The notes under the pieces were generated by a model. That model saw only the letters and a program-made list of their open reading frames with translations. It did not search any database and had not been told where the DNA came from. DNA of 64,000 bases from Rhizodiscina lignyota. Taxonomy: Eukaryota. Below are positions 11,258-25,285 of this stretch, in pieces. The first letter of the stretch is position 1; the number at the start of each line of letters is the position of its first letter. The stretch spans positions 1,922,001 to 1,986,000 of the forward strand of contig ML978126.1 in NCBI GenBank assembly GCA_010015805.1, in the 5' to 3' direction. Position numbers and translations under genes: made by a program.

Positions 11258-14178
11258 CTATGCTAACAATCTCTCGATATCCGCGAGGCCCTTCCTCCGC
11301 TTTTCCTTCTCCATCCTTTCCGCAAACGCCAGTGCCATCAGCTTCCTCTTATCCTCCTGGATGGACAATACTCTCTCCTCAATGCTGCCTTCCATGACGA
11401 GGCGCCAAACTCTGCACTCCCTCTTCTGCCCAAGCCTGTGTACTCGATCAACTGCTTGGTCCTCAATAGCCGGAGCCCACCAAGTGTCCATCATAATGAC
11501 TTGATTCGCAGCAGTCAAGTTCAAGCCGACGGAGCAGACACCAAGCGAGGCAAAGAGAATAGTGCAGGATGAATCATTCTCAAACCTCTCAAGCGCGGCA
11601 TCCCGAGCTAATGCAGGCATCGAACCGTCAATGCGTGTGAATTGGTAGGCCTTAGCAACCAGTTGAGCTTGTACGATGTCCAGGAATGAGGTCCACTGAG
11701 AGAAAATCACAGTTTTCTCGCCAGGATGCTTCTTCTCCGACGCCTTGAGAATGGAAAGCAGTGCTTCGATCTTGCTACTTGACGCGTCGACATCGATATC
11801 CGGCTTGGGGGCTTCCTTAGCCGGCTTCACTAAATTGTTGACATCACGAAGCTCTGATCGACACTGTGATTATCGTCAGTAGCGGATTAAGCTGAGCATA
11901 AGACCACTAGACGATAGAGAGCATTTACCATGGGACACTTGTGCTGCGTGTCGATGACTCTCTCAATGCAGCCGAAGCAGAAGATATGTGCACAAGTGGT
12001 GATGACAGGATCCTTCAGAGCATCAAGGCATACCGGGCAATCCTCCTGTGTGTCGATGCTGAGCTGCAACATTTCCTGAAGCGCAGCCTTATTTTCAGGC
12101 GTCAAGTCGATCGTACCGCCATTCTCAAGCAGATCCATGAGCTGCTGAACGCGCTTCTCACCAACGAGACGCCAATGATTGCAGCATTGGCGAATGCGGA
12201 GCAACACCTCCAGTAGATGTCGATATTCCTGAGCGGAGTCTTTGCTCTTCCCATGTCGGGTTCTATACAACTCAAGGGTACCCTTGGCTTCTGCCTCAAG
12301 AGCTTCGTACTTGTTCTTCTCGTGAGGCAGGAAATCGATCTTGTGGACATACTCGCTCAGCTCCGGAAGTTTCAGATCGACGAATTTCATCTCCTTCTTC
12401 CGCCTCAAACAGATACCGCGCATTAAAATTTGCAACAAGAAGCTACCATGCTCATTGGCTTGGTTGACAGGTCGAATTAGAGCCCCATTGAATATTTCGA
12501 ATCGATCGAGACCCCCGGACAAGCGCAAGAACTTGACAAGAGAATACAAGTCTTTAAGCGAATTGACAATTGGCGTGCCCGTTAGGACCCAGCGTGACTG
12601 GCTCATAAGCTGGCAAGCCGCAACGGCGCGCTTTGCGTTCGGATTACGAATGTTATGCCCTTCGTCAAGAACGAGGCGACGCCAGGTGACCGAGAATAAA
12701 CCGTCTTTGCGAGGGAGATTCGGCGATTTTTGCGAGAACCACTCAGACATAACTGTTTCGTAGGTGGTGACCACGACATCATAATTAGCTATTGTACCCG
12801 GGTTGATAGGCTGTTTCCTCGCGCCATGGTATGTCAGAACGTTCAGGGCGTGTTCCTCCTTGACATGCCTCTTGATCTGAGAGCTCCAATTCGACATAAC
12901 TGAAAGCGGCGCTAGTATAAGTGTAGCATTGCTAACCCCAGACGTATGCGGCTTATTGAGTGCTCGACCTGCCATGATGAGAGAGATGACTTGCACGGTC
13001 TTACCAAGACCCATATCATCACAGAGCAGAGCTCCACTAGCAAGTTCTGGAAGCTTGCCTTTGAGAGAGTAGTTGGAGACCACATTCGTGAACATATTGG
13101 CGTCGGTCGTCGAGCGCTTCCAGCATTGAGTGCAATCCTTCGAGCCAGGCGCCGGCAAGGTTGGGGATTCTTTCTCGAGCATCCACCGGAGACCCTGCAG
13201 CTGAAACGGAAGCAACTGTGCAGACAGTGCTGCAGGCTGTTCCGCCATGGGCATCGCTGCCAGATCATCCTCGGTGATGCCAAATTGTTCCACAACTTGC
13301 TCTACATTGCGTGGATTGAACTTGTCACTTCCAGTGACGAGTTCGTCGAAGCTCTGGCTGGGAATTCCAAGGCCACTTGAGCCTGCAGCATATTCACCTC
13401 CACCATGTTCCCACTGTTGTCCAGTCCCGCCACCCACTGCGACACCTCCATTCTTCGTGGCTTGCTTGGCAGCTTGTTTGGCAGCTTGTTGGGCAGCCTT
13501 CGCACGGTCGCGCTGCGTCTTTTCCCACCGTTTCCACTCATTCAAAGGCAGTTTGTCTGCCTTCATTTCTTCGCTGACAGCAATATGTTCGACAGGATCC
13601 GTTGGACCAAATAATTTAAGCTCGATAGGGCACTCGTACACGTCTTTAGGGGCGGTGATCGTGCCTTCGATATGCAACGAATGGTCGTCCATGTACTTTG
13701 CAAGTTTTGCAGCTAAGTTGCGTGGTATATGACCGATCTGGGCCCTCTGTACATTCTGTACCTGGATCGCATTCCGGTCGTATGGATTGTCGGGTTGGCG
13801 ACGGAGAACTATCATCTCTCCGCGCGTTGCGACGCCATTGTAGTATCGACAACCAACAATCTTGGCAGGCAGAGTACCGTATAGTTGATATGAGGCAAGT
13901 GCAGAGCTGCTGTATTCCTGCTGTGATAGTTCAACGAGCTCATCGAAGCCGTCATCGAAGCCGCCATCTTCATCGTCAACGCGTCTGTGTTGACTGCTAG
14001 GTATGCCATAATCGGGATGGGGCTGACTGCTGGTACCACTCGAAGAGGGCAGGCCATCGGAACGCCGTATCTTAGCAGGACGGTCGTTAGTCGATGGGCG
14101 ACTGGAAGATGGTGGAGTATTTTCTTGCGTCAGATCAATAAAATCGACTGGGGGCGCGGCGCGTTTTGGTGGCGCCAT
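11258..14178 (-). CDS. HIRAN + SNF2 helicase + RING ubiquitin ligase (Rad5/HLTF-like); 2 exons
   Basis: HIRAN (IVGCRYY, RQPDNPYDRNAI, IGHIPR), DDMGLGKT, LDEGH, LTGTP; RING CPVC...CAHIFCFGC...CPM|C split by intron 11864-11928; QAVDRVHRLGQ. Confidence 0.93.
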
Positions 14179-14632
14179 TGTCGCGAAGGAAGTGGAGGAA
14201 AGTTGAGAAAGAGGGGCTGCGCTGAAAAGTTGAGACCTTTTCTACAACATTTCCAATTGCTAGCACATGTGTAGCAATGATTGGCCCAAGGTGTGGATGG
14301 ACTGTGACAAGGCTGAGCCAGATTGTTGGGTGATTTGACGTAGGATATTTGTTTTCTTGGCAAACGCGCATCTGGAGCGCTTTCACGTGAGTGGCTTGTG
14401 ATGCCAAGGCTGGGTAGCTCACTGCCACTGTGAAGGTCCAAAATGAGAAGAACAATGATATTTCTTTGCATCGAACCTTCGATTCAAAGCATCTATCGCG
14501 ACAAAAGGAACTGCTAAAATTGACACTGTACATAAGGCTACATTGCCTTCCCTTTTTGGACGTGAGATAGTACAATCCCGCTCGATGATCAGGTCTAGAG
14601 ACTGATACAAGCGCACAACGTTCGATAGCTCC

Positions 14633-15924
14633 TTAACCGAATTTGCGGCCGCCACTAACGGGTGGGTTGTACACCAATTTCCTTGTCTTGACCGGTGACC
14701 ACTTGTACCTGTGACGATAATCAGTATGCATGCATCCATATGAAACAAAAAGTAGTTTGCACACCTCTTAACCCACACACTGATGCCCCAAAGAGCGAGG
14801 GTTGCAGCCAACACCTTCCAGCCCATCTTCTTGCGCTCATCTGCCTCCGGCTCCGCAGACCAATTCAGGAACTCAACCACATCCTTTGCCATCTGCGAAG
14901 ACGTCGCGGGCGTGCCATCTTCATATTCGACCAAGCCGTCATAGAGCACACGGGCCATGGCAATACCTGTTCCAGGGAAATAGGGATTAAAGTTGAGTCC
15001 CTCTTGTACAACTGCGCCTGCTGGAGGTTCTTCGGGGTATCCGGTCAACAAGCTGAAGATGTAGTTGCAGCCACCATGTCGTGCCTTCACCATCAAGCTC
15101 AAGTCTGGTGGGAGGGCACCCTGATTTGCCGCGCGAGCTGCTTCGTCGTTCTTGTATGGAGCTGGGATGTAATCCGAGAGCTTTCCAGGCCGCTTCTCGA
15201 TTTCTCCTTCATCGTTGGGATCCGTATCATATTCATTCTCCTCTGCTAGTTCTTTGGCCTCGTCTACCGTCAAGACTGTTCCGACAAGAGTGCGATAGGG
15301 AATGCGGTTGAGCGAGTGGCAGGCTGCGCAGACTTCGCGGTAGACTTGGAAACCCCGGCGGAGCCTAATGACATCGTGAGCTCATCCCTCAAGCATACTT
15401 GACAGAAATCATGCTCACGCTTGGTGGTCGAATGTCTTATGTAGCTTGACGTGTTCCCAAGGGTATTGAGTCGGGTGAAGGCTGTCAGTATCAAGTTAGC
15501 ACGGATGTCGCCATAAAGGGAATACCGTATCCTCTAAAATAGAGCGGTTTCTAGGTGGACGAGTGAACGTACCCTTCTTCGGCCGGAGTCATTGCATATG
15601 CCTTGGGCCCAAATGTGAGATAGCACCAGTAGGCAGTTCCAATTGCCGCCAATGTGGCAGTTGAGCCGGCAATCGCATTCGACCACATGTTGTTGGTTGC
15701 TTCTTCAGCGGAGGGAGCGGAGGAGGACGCGGCGCGCTGTATACTTCATCAGAAAGAGCTTTTAGACTTTTAAGTGAGTCACATTGAGTCGATCGCGAGC
15801 TTCCGAAGCTCGCCAAAAGGTTGATATGGGGTTTCTGGTGTTTTCGTACCGTTGCACGTCGGCCAGCCGTTCGGGCTGCAAAGCCCATCGGCCGTACTGA
15901 CCGCACGCACGCTCGCGACAGCAT
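14633..15924 (-). CDS. CYT1: Mitochondrial cytochrome c1, multi-exon
   Basis: Presequence MLSRACVRS, RRGFQVYREVCAACHSL (CxxCH), ANQGALPPDLSL, FNPYFPG, spliced C-terminus YKWSPVKTRKLVYNPP...FG*. Confidence 0.95.
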
Positions 15925-16192
15925 TGTGATGGCTGGAGCTGGCGAGCAAGGTGCGAGAACGAATGCAAGTTGGACCAAGAGTCAATTGGGGGTTGTCGGG
16001 TCTCCAGTTGTGCGAACGGGCGTAGGGTGAGGTTTCGGGAGACTTTGGAGGTCGACTTTCACGGCTTGGCGAAACTGACCAATGAGGAATAGCCATAATC
16101 AAAGTCTGCTCATCATCGATGACTGAGCTTCAAGCCTTTGAATATGTACTTTAAAACTACGGTCTTCCTAAAAGCCCAGCTATGCTTGATTC

Positions 16193-17298
16193 TCAATCCT
16201 CAGAGCACTCTTGAGTGAGCTTCTTGTGGCATTCTCGCGCCGTCACCGCGAATGCGTCCAACTGATAATCCCGTCCTTTCCCGTCTGGTCCGCCATCGAA
16301 TACTTCATAGGAAAACCAGCCCCGGAAACCGGTCTTGAGCACGCCCTTCGCTACCTCTACAACGGGAAGGTATCCACCATTGAATGGAAGTGGCCTGAAA
16401 TCATGACTCCACCGTCCTCTTGGTCTCAGCCCAGTTTCATCCGGCTCTTTGCTGAATGGCTGCTTCGGCTTGTAGGCATCTGAGATTTGTAGTAGGTAAA
16501 TTTTGCTGCTGGGCACAGTCTTACTGAGCTCTTCGAGGCTGTTGTGGAACCGCTTCTGTAGCTCTTCACTAGAGACGTCTTCGACTAACCCACTCTCCGT
16601 TGTGGGATCTGCCCATTCACCCCCTCCGGTTTGGAAGGTGTCCAGGCATAAACCTACATTTGACAGGCCGACTTCTTGGACAACTTGCCAGACATCTTTC
16701 CAATCCGGAGCGTGTGTCGACCAGCACCAATTCTCATACGCCAGTCGAAACTTGTGCTGTGCGAGCATCTGTCCGAGCTCTTTAATATCGCCAACCTTGG
16801 CTGCTCGATCCTTGGTAAGTTTGTTTGCCGGCGTATCAGTAGAGCCAACCTTCATTAGAGTATCAGCTATACAGGTAATTCTCATGTTGAGAACTGACTG
16901 TCTCATACTTGAAGCATATCTGTTCCGCAGGCTTCCATGATACGGATCCAACCTCGTGCCCTCTCAAACGCATCCTTTCTCTCTTGCGAACCTTCAGGCC
17001 AACCCTCGAAATTACTGAAGGGTTGCAGCATCATGATTTTCAACCCTTTTGTATCGCACATGGCCTTAACCACTTTTGCCACTGTGCACAGGTCATCATA
17101 CTCGTTCGATGCGACCTGGCGCTTCAAATATAGGTTCGCGAATGAAAGTAAGTCTGGCATTGAAAGCTCGATCCCCTGAAATCCAGCGGATGCTATTGCA
17201 TCGATTTTCTTCGGGAGAGTATGTTCATATTTGCAGCCAATTGAGCAGGTTGCGAAGCTGATTGGAATCGTAAGGAGAGAAGACAACTGCAATGTCAT
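16193..17298 (-). CDS. Xylose-isomerase-like TIM-barrel protein, 3-dehydroshikimate dehydratase (qa-4/QutC)-like; 2 exons
   Basis: HTLPKKIDAIASAGFQGIEL, LQPFSNFEGW, intron 16850-16908, LAYENWCW, GLCLDTFQ, LQISDA, WSHDFRPLP, GWFSYEVF. Confidence 0.75.
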
Positions 17299-17793
17299 GG
17301 TTATGAAAACTCTGATATCTTGTCTATGTTAAGAAATTGATTGGAAGATTGGGGTGAAGTTTGCAATCTTGCTAAGCAGATGGTTTCAACAGGTCCAAAA
17401 CCACAGCTTCTGACGTCAATATGAGATGTGAGAGGGGTGGCGGAAGGCTACATGTGAGAGTACACATAGTTACTCCAGAGGTGTGGAATTGTAGGGCACT
17501 CGTTTGATACATATTACCAAATGGCTTCATCTTGATGAATTTAAGTTAGGAATGCAGTATCTCCTTGTCGTAGTTTGACGTTTGTGGTGTGGTACCTGCG
17601 CATGTGCAAAAGGTCGAGAACCATTCGCTGCCAAATCCCTGCTCCACACCTACGGTGTTCACCGCTAGAGCATACATCATCTAAGCTCCAAAAATAAAAC
17701 TTTTGTAAACCATAATATTCTCGACAGCTGCACAATTGAAGGTTCAGAAATTTTTCTGCTGATATAGAAACGTAGAGGGGAACATTTAGCACG

Positions 17794-19072
<1,279 letters not shown>

Positions 19073-20077
19073 ACCGTATTGCTATTTTCATGAGTGGAGC
19101 TTTGGTGCATATCCGGACATCGGAGTAGTTGGCGTCCAAAAACATTACCATGGTCTGCACATTTTTATAGATCAAACAGCTAATGCAGAAAACTCTGGCC
19201 TCCTTCGATTCCCTAGTGCTCTAGTCTCGTGTTTCATATCTATAGAGTTCCCCGTTATCAGATGCTTCCGCTGCGATTTGTCTTGAACTAACCAAATCCT
19301 CGCGTTCTGTATTACCAACAGCGTATCAGCACCTTCATCGGATTGAACAACCCACAAGACATCGAACGTATGAACAGGTGCGTGACCTAATCGCGTCATG
19401 AGTCATGGCATTTAAGGTTATTTGATATCTGACACTGTTGTTCTGCCTAGCTTTGTCGATGAGTGGCTCGCTGTGACACTACCTCCCATCTCGTTGGCCT
19501 CACTTGGTGTCCATGCACTCCTCGGTCGATATCAGCACCCACGTTTTAGCTGCAGATAACACCAGAGTCTGCCGGACTATTGCCAGTATCCACGGTAGTT
19601 CCCGGCGTTGTCATTTCCTATGGCGTGCTCAATCCGATGTCCAGAATGCATCATCACAACGCTATTAACACCTACGCCTTATCCGCGGTCGTCTCTTTTA
19701 GAGATTGTTATACTTTTGATGAACTCTACAGCCGCATTGCGTGATTGCAATGACGCAGACAGTCAAAGTGTATAAAACAACCATGAACTTCGCAGCGCTC
19801 TTTACTGTTGGTCTTCATCCATATCAAAGTCCACGTACTACTCTACCTTACTTTCATGCTCACATCGCCCTCTGCTGCTCCAAAATTTCTCCCATCAACT
19901 GTACCGTATCCTTATTTCACATCCAATCCTATTACTTTCACTGGTCATTCTTGTGCCATCTTGATCTGTTAAACCGATCTGAGACCTTCACTGGGGTCTT
20001 GTTGTGTAAGTCGTAGTATTGACGCACCTCATGGCTCATCTTCAACTGAGTTTCATCAACAGGAGGGCTCTGGTAAA

Positions 20078-22113
20078 ATGAGTGTCAAGATATGGCTCCT
20101 CGCCATCCTGTACTTCTGCATGGCTTTGGCCGATTTGGAGGCTAGGTCGTACACCGCTGAGGAAGTGGATATTAAATGGCCGAACAACACAATACCCTGG
20201 TGCTACGTTCCACCTTCCTTCGACTTCAACCCTCCATGGCCCCATCCGGATTCGACTCCTGGGTCTCGACCGCAATGGAACAAGCACTTGAGGCATGGGG
20301 CGGCGGCAACGCCGGCCAAGCAAATCTAAAGCTTTCTGTTACCGGTGCATGTGCCAACCAGAAAAATACACTGCGAGTAGGCTTTTCCGTCAGGGGAAGC
20401 CAGTCATCTACTGCCCACGGATACCAAGCCCACGGAAACAACCAGATGAACATCGCCCTTGCACCACAGTTGGGCTGTTGGCTCAACGAGACAGACATTA
20501 ACACTGCAATGATGCACGAGCTAGGACATATCATGGGCTTCATTCACGAACATCAGCGACCTGATGCCGGTAATCACACCAAATTTGACTGCTCCAAGCT
20601 GTTTGATTTCCCTGTCTTCGTAGAGACCGTAGACAGCAGCAACCCTTTGAGCTCTCCATCGAAGTCCGTCCCGACCGACAAACAGGGCGCAATGTCGAAG
20701 TTAGGTGGTGATACCAGCAAATGGGACATCAAGCGACTTTGCACCGACGTCCAATATGCCGGTGCCGCCGGATTCAGCGGTGTGGTTTGGATTCCCCACT
20801 CGAGCGGAGGTGAATACGGGAGCGCATTTGACTCCGAGTCCATAATGATGTACAGCACTTACCAGAGCGGCTATAGAACGGATGATGACGGGAAAAATCG
20901 AGCTGAAGCACTCACATTCACCGACGGCAGTGCGATAGCCGCTCCGCAGAAACCTTCTGATACAGACAAGCAACGATTAGCGGAAATCTACAGCACGCAG
21001 CCCCCGAGCTCAAGGAACATAACGAATTTCGGTCAAATCGGTCTCGATCCTCTCTGGTGGAAGCCTAATGCGCCAAACGCAACGTCCTTCTCCCCGATTC
21101 CAGGCGGGCTTTCCACTATCCCCCATAACATTTCGCACCCTGGAGCGAGTTGCCCACATTCCTCTCGGGAACTGGACGAGGATGTGGAAAAGCGATACTA
21201 CACAATCAATCTGAATGAGCCTGTTTGGCCGAAGAATCAACAAGGAGAACACATCATGTACTGGTGTCTCTTCCACACAGACAACCTAGGTGGTGACGCC
21301 GATTGGCCTGCGCAGTTGGCGACATGGATTGAGGAAGCTCTGTCCTGGTGGGGAGGCGGCGACAATGGGCCCATCAACATCAAACAAAGCAATCTTGGCT
21401 GGTGCAACGACCAAATATTCGAAGGCTACCCCGACTGCCTGCGGATCTCTTTGAGCGAATCAGGAGAAGCATCGTCAACCATGGGCTTCGAGCCGGCGCA
21501 AGGTGCGTCGCGCGCAAACTCAATGATGATCGGAGCGCGGTACAAAGACACCCAATTGCAATTGAAGATCTACATCCACGAGATCGGCCACGTCCTGGGG
21601 TTCGAGCACGAGCACCAACGCCCCGAGTGCTGGACGGGCGACAATCCGCTTGTCATTGCTCCTCAGTGGGACGGGCCTCTCGCGCAGAGATTTTTCACCC
21701 AAGGAGCCGACAACCATCCCGTCATGAACAAGATCGAGGACCCCGAGCTGCGCGTCAGACTGGGCTTTGCCGCAGACGACGAAGAGGCGAGATACGACTA
21801 CGTGAAGCTGACGACGGATTGGTACTACGCGTACTACTGTTCATCGCCGAGTTGGGGCTACCTTCCGTTGCCGCCGAAAGAGGAGCTCGTCTCCAACGGC
21901 ATTCCGATTTACCCCAATCGACCACTCGCGCTTAGTCGCTCCAGAGACGTCGATTGGAACTCGATCATGTGCTATTCGACTTACGACACGGCTGGCGAGT
22001 TGAGGTTCCGAGACGGTACGGAAATCCCCGTAAATATGAAGCCATCGCAGCAGGACATAGTGAGACTGTCGAAATTGTATGGGTTCAAGCCTGGTAGAGC
22101 TTTGGGTTGTTAA
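20078..22113 (+). CDS. Secreted protein with two tandem astacin-like (metzincin) domains; 1-nt frameshift near 20240
   Basis: Signal peptide MSVKIWLLAILYFCMALA lies in one frame. HELGHIMGFIHEHQRPD + SIMMY and HEIGHVLGFEHEHQRPE + SIMCY lie in the long ORF 20176-22113. Confidence 0.8.
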
Positions 22114-22203
22114 AACGATGGAGATACTAGAACGGTGCGAAAGGTCAGAGGAATGTTCTGAGATTGGACGGAGAATGTTGGTCACGTAAGACTCGAGCAC
22201 ACA

Positions 22204-22380
22204 GGAGAGGCTGTGGATGAGAAACAAAGGTGAGATGGTCAAGAGTGTGACATTCATTTTGAAATTTTCATCCGTAATGACAGTATATCAACGCCGCAGA
22301 GGCGAAAAGGAGCATTGCTTGGAGAGGTGCTAAGAATGGAAGATGGTCGAGAGTATGACGTTCATTTTGGACTTTTAACC
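22204..22380. repeat. Imperfect direct repeat pair (about 38 bp core)
   Basis: agatggtcaagagtgtgacattcattttgaaattttca (about 22233) vs agatggtcgagagtatgacgttcattttggacttttaa (22341); each is preceded by a ggagagg motif. Confidence 0.7.
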
Positions 22381-23723
22381 GACAAAAGGCCCAATGTACC
22401 ATATTTACTCCGTAACTCCATACCATTCATAATGAAATCCAGTATCCGTACAGTACTCTAATCTCACACAAGCGTAAATAACTATCGCTCTGGTGGAGCC
22501 GAGATCGACAGAGCCTCTTTGAACAAGCTTTGGCTCGGGAAGCCATGTGATGCGCAAAGAAGTGATCGAGGCAGTGGCGAGTGCGTCGTATTGGCAAGAA
22601 GATGCGCAAGTGCATATCGAAAAGCTGCAGCTGGCGAGGCCGGAGGTTGGGGTCGATATGCCGCTAGTCCAATGCGGCGCATGGCGTCCCTTTAGCCGCA
22701 GGCGGGGTGCACGCCATTGGCCAATTGAAAGCTTGTTTTCATTTTGCGGCCCACTGTCTTCTGAGTGTGGAAGAGATGATGCAGCGCGCGGATGCATTGG
22801 ACAGGGCGACATGCGGCCAAGAACGCGCGGCGTGCATGCAAAGAGCTTCACCAGCCACGTCTGCCGCTGCAGCTCGAGAGAGGCGGGCAGCGGCGGATTG
22901 TCACGATGGAATGCTGCGGTGGACGAGCTGGACAAAGGGAACTGTCCTGCTGCCAATCTGCGTGCTCGTTTCAGGTGGAGCAGAAACGAATGGTCCGTGA
23001 TGAAGCCGGCGATCGATATCAGTCCACAGTTAACCGCCGCGCTGTCATCATGGATGGCCGGGGCTTGCTGGCGCATCAGAGGAATTGTTTCAGGCGCAAT
23101 TGCCTTTGCAATGGACGCTCACACTGCGCGCCACCTCATCTGCGCTATCGTGAGTTAGCTACGGTGTGCGGAGGACATGGCCTCTGCGTGGTGCATTGAT
23201 AAGCGTTGTCCCATCTCGCGGCCGGAGATGAGACTCTTGCTGTGTGATAGCGTGCCATAGCAACCGCAAGCGAATTGCAGCCCTTGCACCTTACCGACAC
23301 GAGCCAGCGGCGAAGCTCTGCCTGCCCGCTGCTTTTAATCTGCTACCTTCCCTGCCACTTCCCCAAAAACACCTGCTCCGAATCTCACGATATTTGTTGT
23401 CCGCACGGTCTCGCAACTTGTCCTCCTACAACAAACCAGCATTGCACACGCAAAGCAAGCTGCCAGCTGGAGAGCACGAAGCTTAGCTGCCACCGCGACC
23501 GGCTTCAAATATCATCACTTGCATGTAAGTCCCGCGGCAAATCAGAGAGCTCCACAGCTCTAGCTATCTTTGTCTCACCTTGCCTCCCCCACTCGCTTTC
23601 CGAACACGCGTTCTGACTGCTATCTCTCAATTGCGCAGACATCAAATAGCTCTCGAGCTTCACATCCATCTTTCGGCCCTCTTCCACTCTTCTTGCGCAT
23701 TTCCACGGAAAGCCGAAGCAACG

Positions 23724-24450
23724 ATGCTCGCCCGCACTCTGATCCTTGCGGTCTCCGCCCTCGCAAGCTTCTCCCTCGCCCAGTCCTTCGCCAATGCGAC
23801 GGATTGCTGCACTCTCAACCCCGGCTCCGTCACTCTGCAAATGAGACAATCATGGTGCATGGCAGAGCGCAATTCGTGCCCTCAAATTTGCGGTGGCCAG
23901 ACGAGCGCGAACGACTGTGATCCGGTAGGTGCTCTCACTCTCCGCTCTTTGCCGTAGCGCATACAGTTCTTTCTGCCCACACCCCCAATGATACACATTG
24001 CAGGCATGGCGTGTTACAGAGATCACAAGAGTTCCAGACTAACATATCGCGCAACAGAACCAGCTCACCTACAACTGCACCTGCTTCGGCCAGACAACCC
24101 CCAACATCTCCGACTACGGCCAGACTCTCCCATCCCTGCAGTGCCAGCAGTGGATCATCCAGTGCGTCAACAACCACCCGAACGACCTCGACGGCCAGAC
24201 ACTGTGCCACTCAATCAGCTGCGGCTCCAAGAACGCAACGGCTGTTGAGCAGCAGTCCTCTTCGTCCTCGTCCAGCGCTGCGAGCAGCAGCACAAGTGCC
24301 CCGAGCTCCAGCGCGAGTGGAAGTGCTAGTGCTGCTACGAGCGCGGCGCCGAGCTCTACCGGTGCGGCTATGGCGATGCACGTTGGCAAGGAGTATGGCA
24401 CTGGCATGGTCGGCGCCGTGCTTTTCGCGCTCTTCGGACTCGCGTTATAA
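23724..24450 (+). CDS. Cys-rich, Ser/Ala-rich, probably GPI-anchored secreted protein; 2 exons
   Basis: Signal MLARTLILAVSALASFSLA; WC...NSCPQIC...NDCDP, intron 23925-24057, YNCTC...QTLPSLQC; Ser/Ala stalk; hydrophobic tail VGAVLFALFGLAL*. Confidence 0.85.
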
Positions 24451-25285
24451 TTAACAGGACTCTAGGGTGGCAGCTGGAGATGCGCCGAGGAAGTAGAGGA
24501 GTAGCACTATTCCCAGGTGTGGTGGATGCGAGCTGAGGAGGTAATCTCGAGTTTTTAATGCTTCACACTGGCTTGAGTAGCATGATCAGAGGAGAAAAGC
24601 TCTTGTTGATTCTTGACGGCGGCACGATTAATGATTCAGCGGGGGTGTTCACGTTGGTTTGCTTTGCGTGCATGAGGTTGAAGTAGGAATGAAGTTAGGA
24701 GCAGCGAATAATGAAGTCCATCTCCCAGCCTTGTTTCAGCCTGCTGGATGCAAATCCTGATCCTGTCATTCGCCCAATTTGATAAGCTCTGAGAAACCTC
24801 GGGTCAATCACGTCCGGGGAACAACGGTGGTGCGATCGTTAAATGCACCTCGGAGCTTCCATGACCTATACATTCCTCTCCTGCCGAGAGACCTGAGAAC
24901 TCACCGCAAATTCATCTCCAGGTCCCATATGCCTCGGTCGCTCACCCACATGAGCCACCATGATCGCCCTCATCTGCCACCCCCCGCCACGAGCTGAAGC
25001 TTGGCATGCAATGACGTGGGGCAGCTGCCAGGAACCAGGACGTCAGCTGCAGCGCAAGTCCACCAACTCTCTCAACGCGTCTCGAGCCTGCGACCTCTGG
25101 CCCAACACGTGCCATAGCCAGTCAAGTCGCACATGCCACTTTGTCTCAGATTCACTTCTCCATCTACCTCTTCTCATCTTCTATCTCTTCCTTCTCGCTT
25201 CGTGAACCTTTCTCTCATCAAGCAGTGTCGAAAGGGTACCTGGATTTCTTCTACAGCTTCACTTGCTACGGATCAATCGCGTGCC

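Noticed and set aside
22405..23199. Overlapping 200-aa ORFs on both strands
   Set aside because: No recognisable motifs; likely chance ORFs in GC-rich intergenic DNA.
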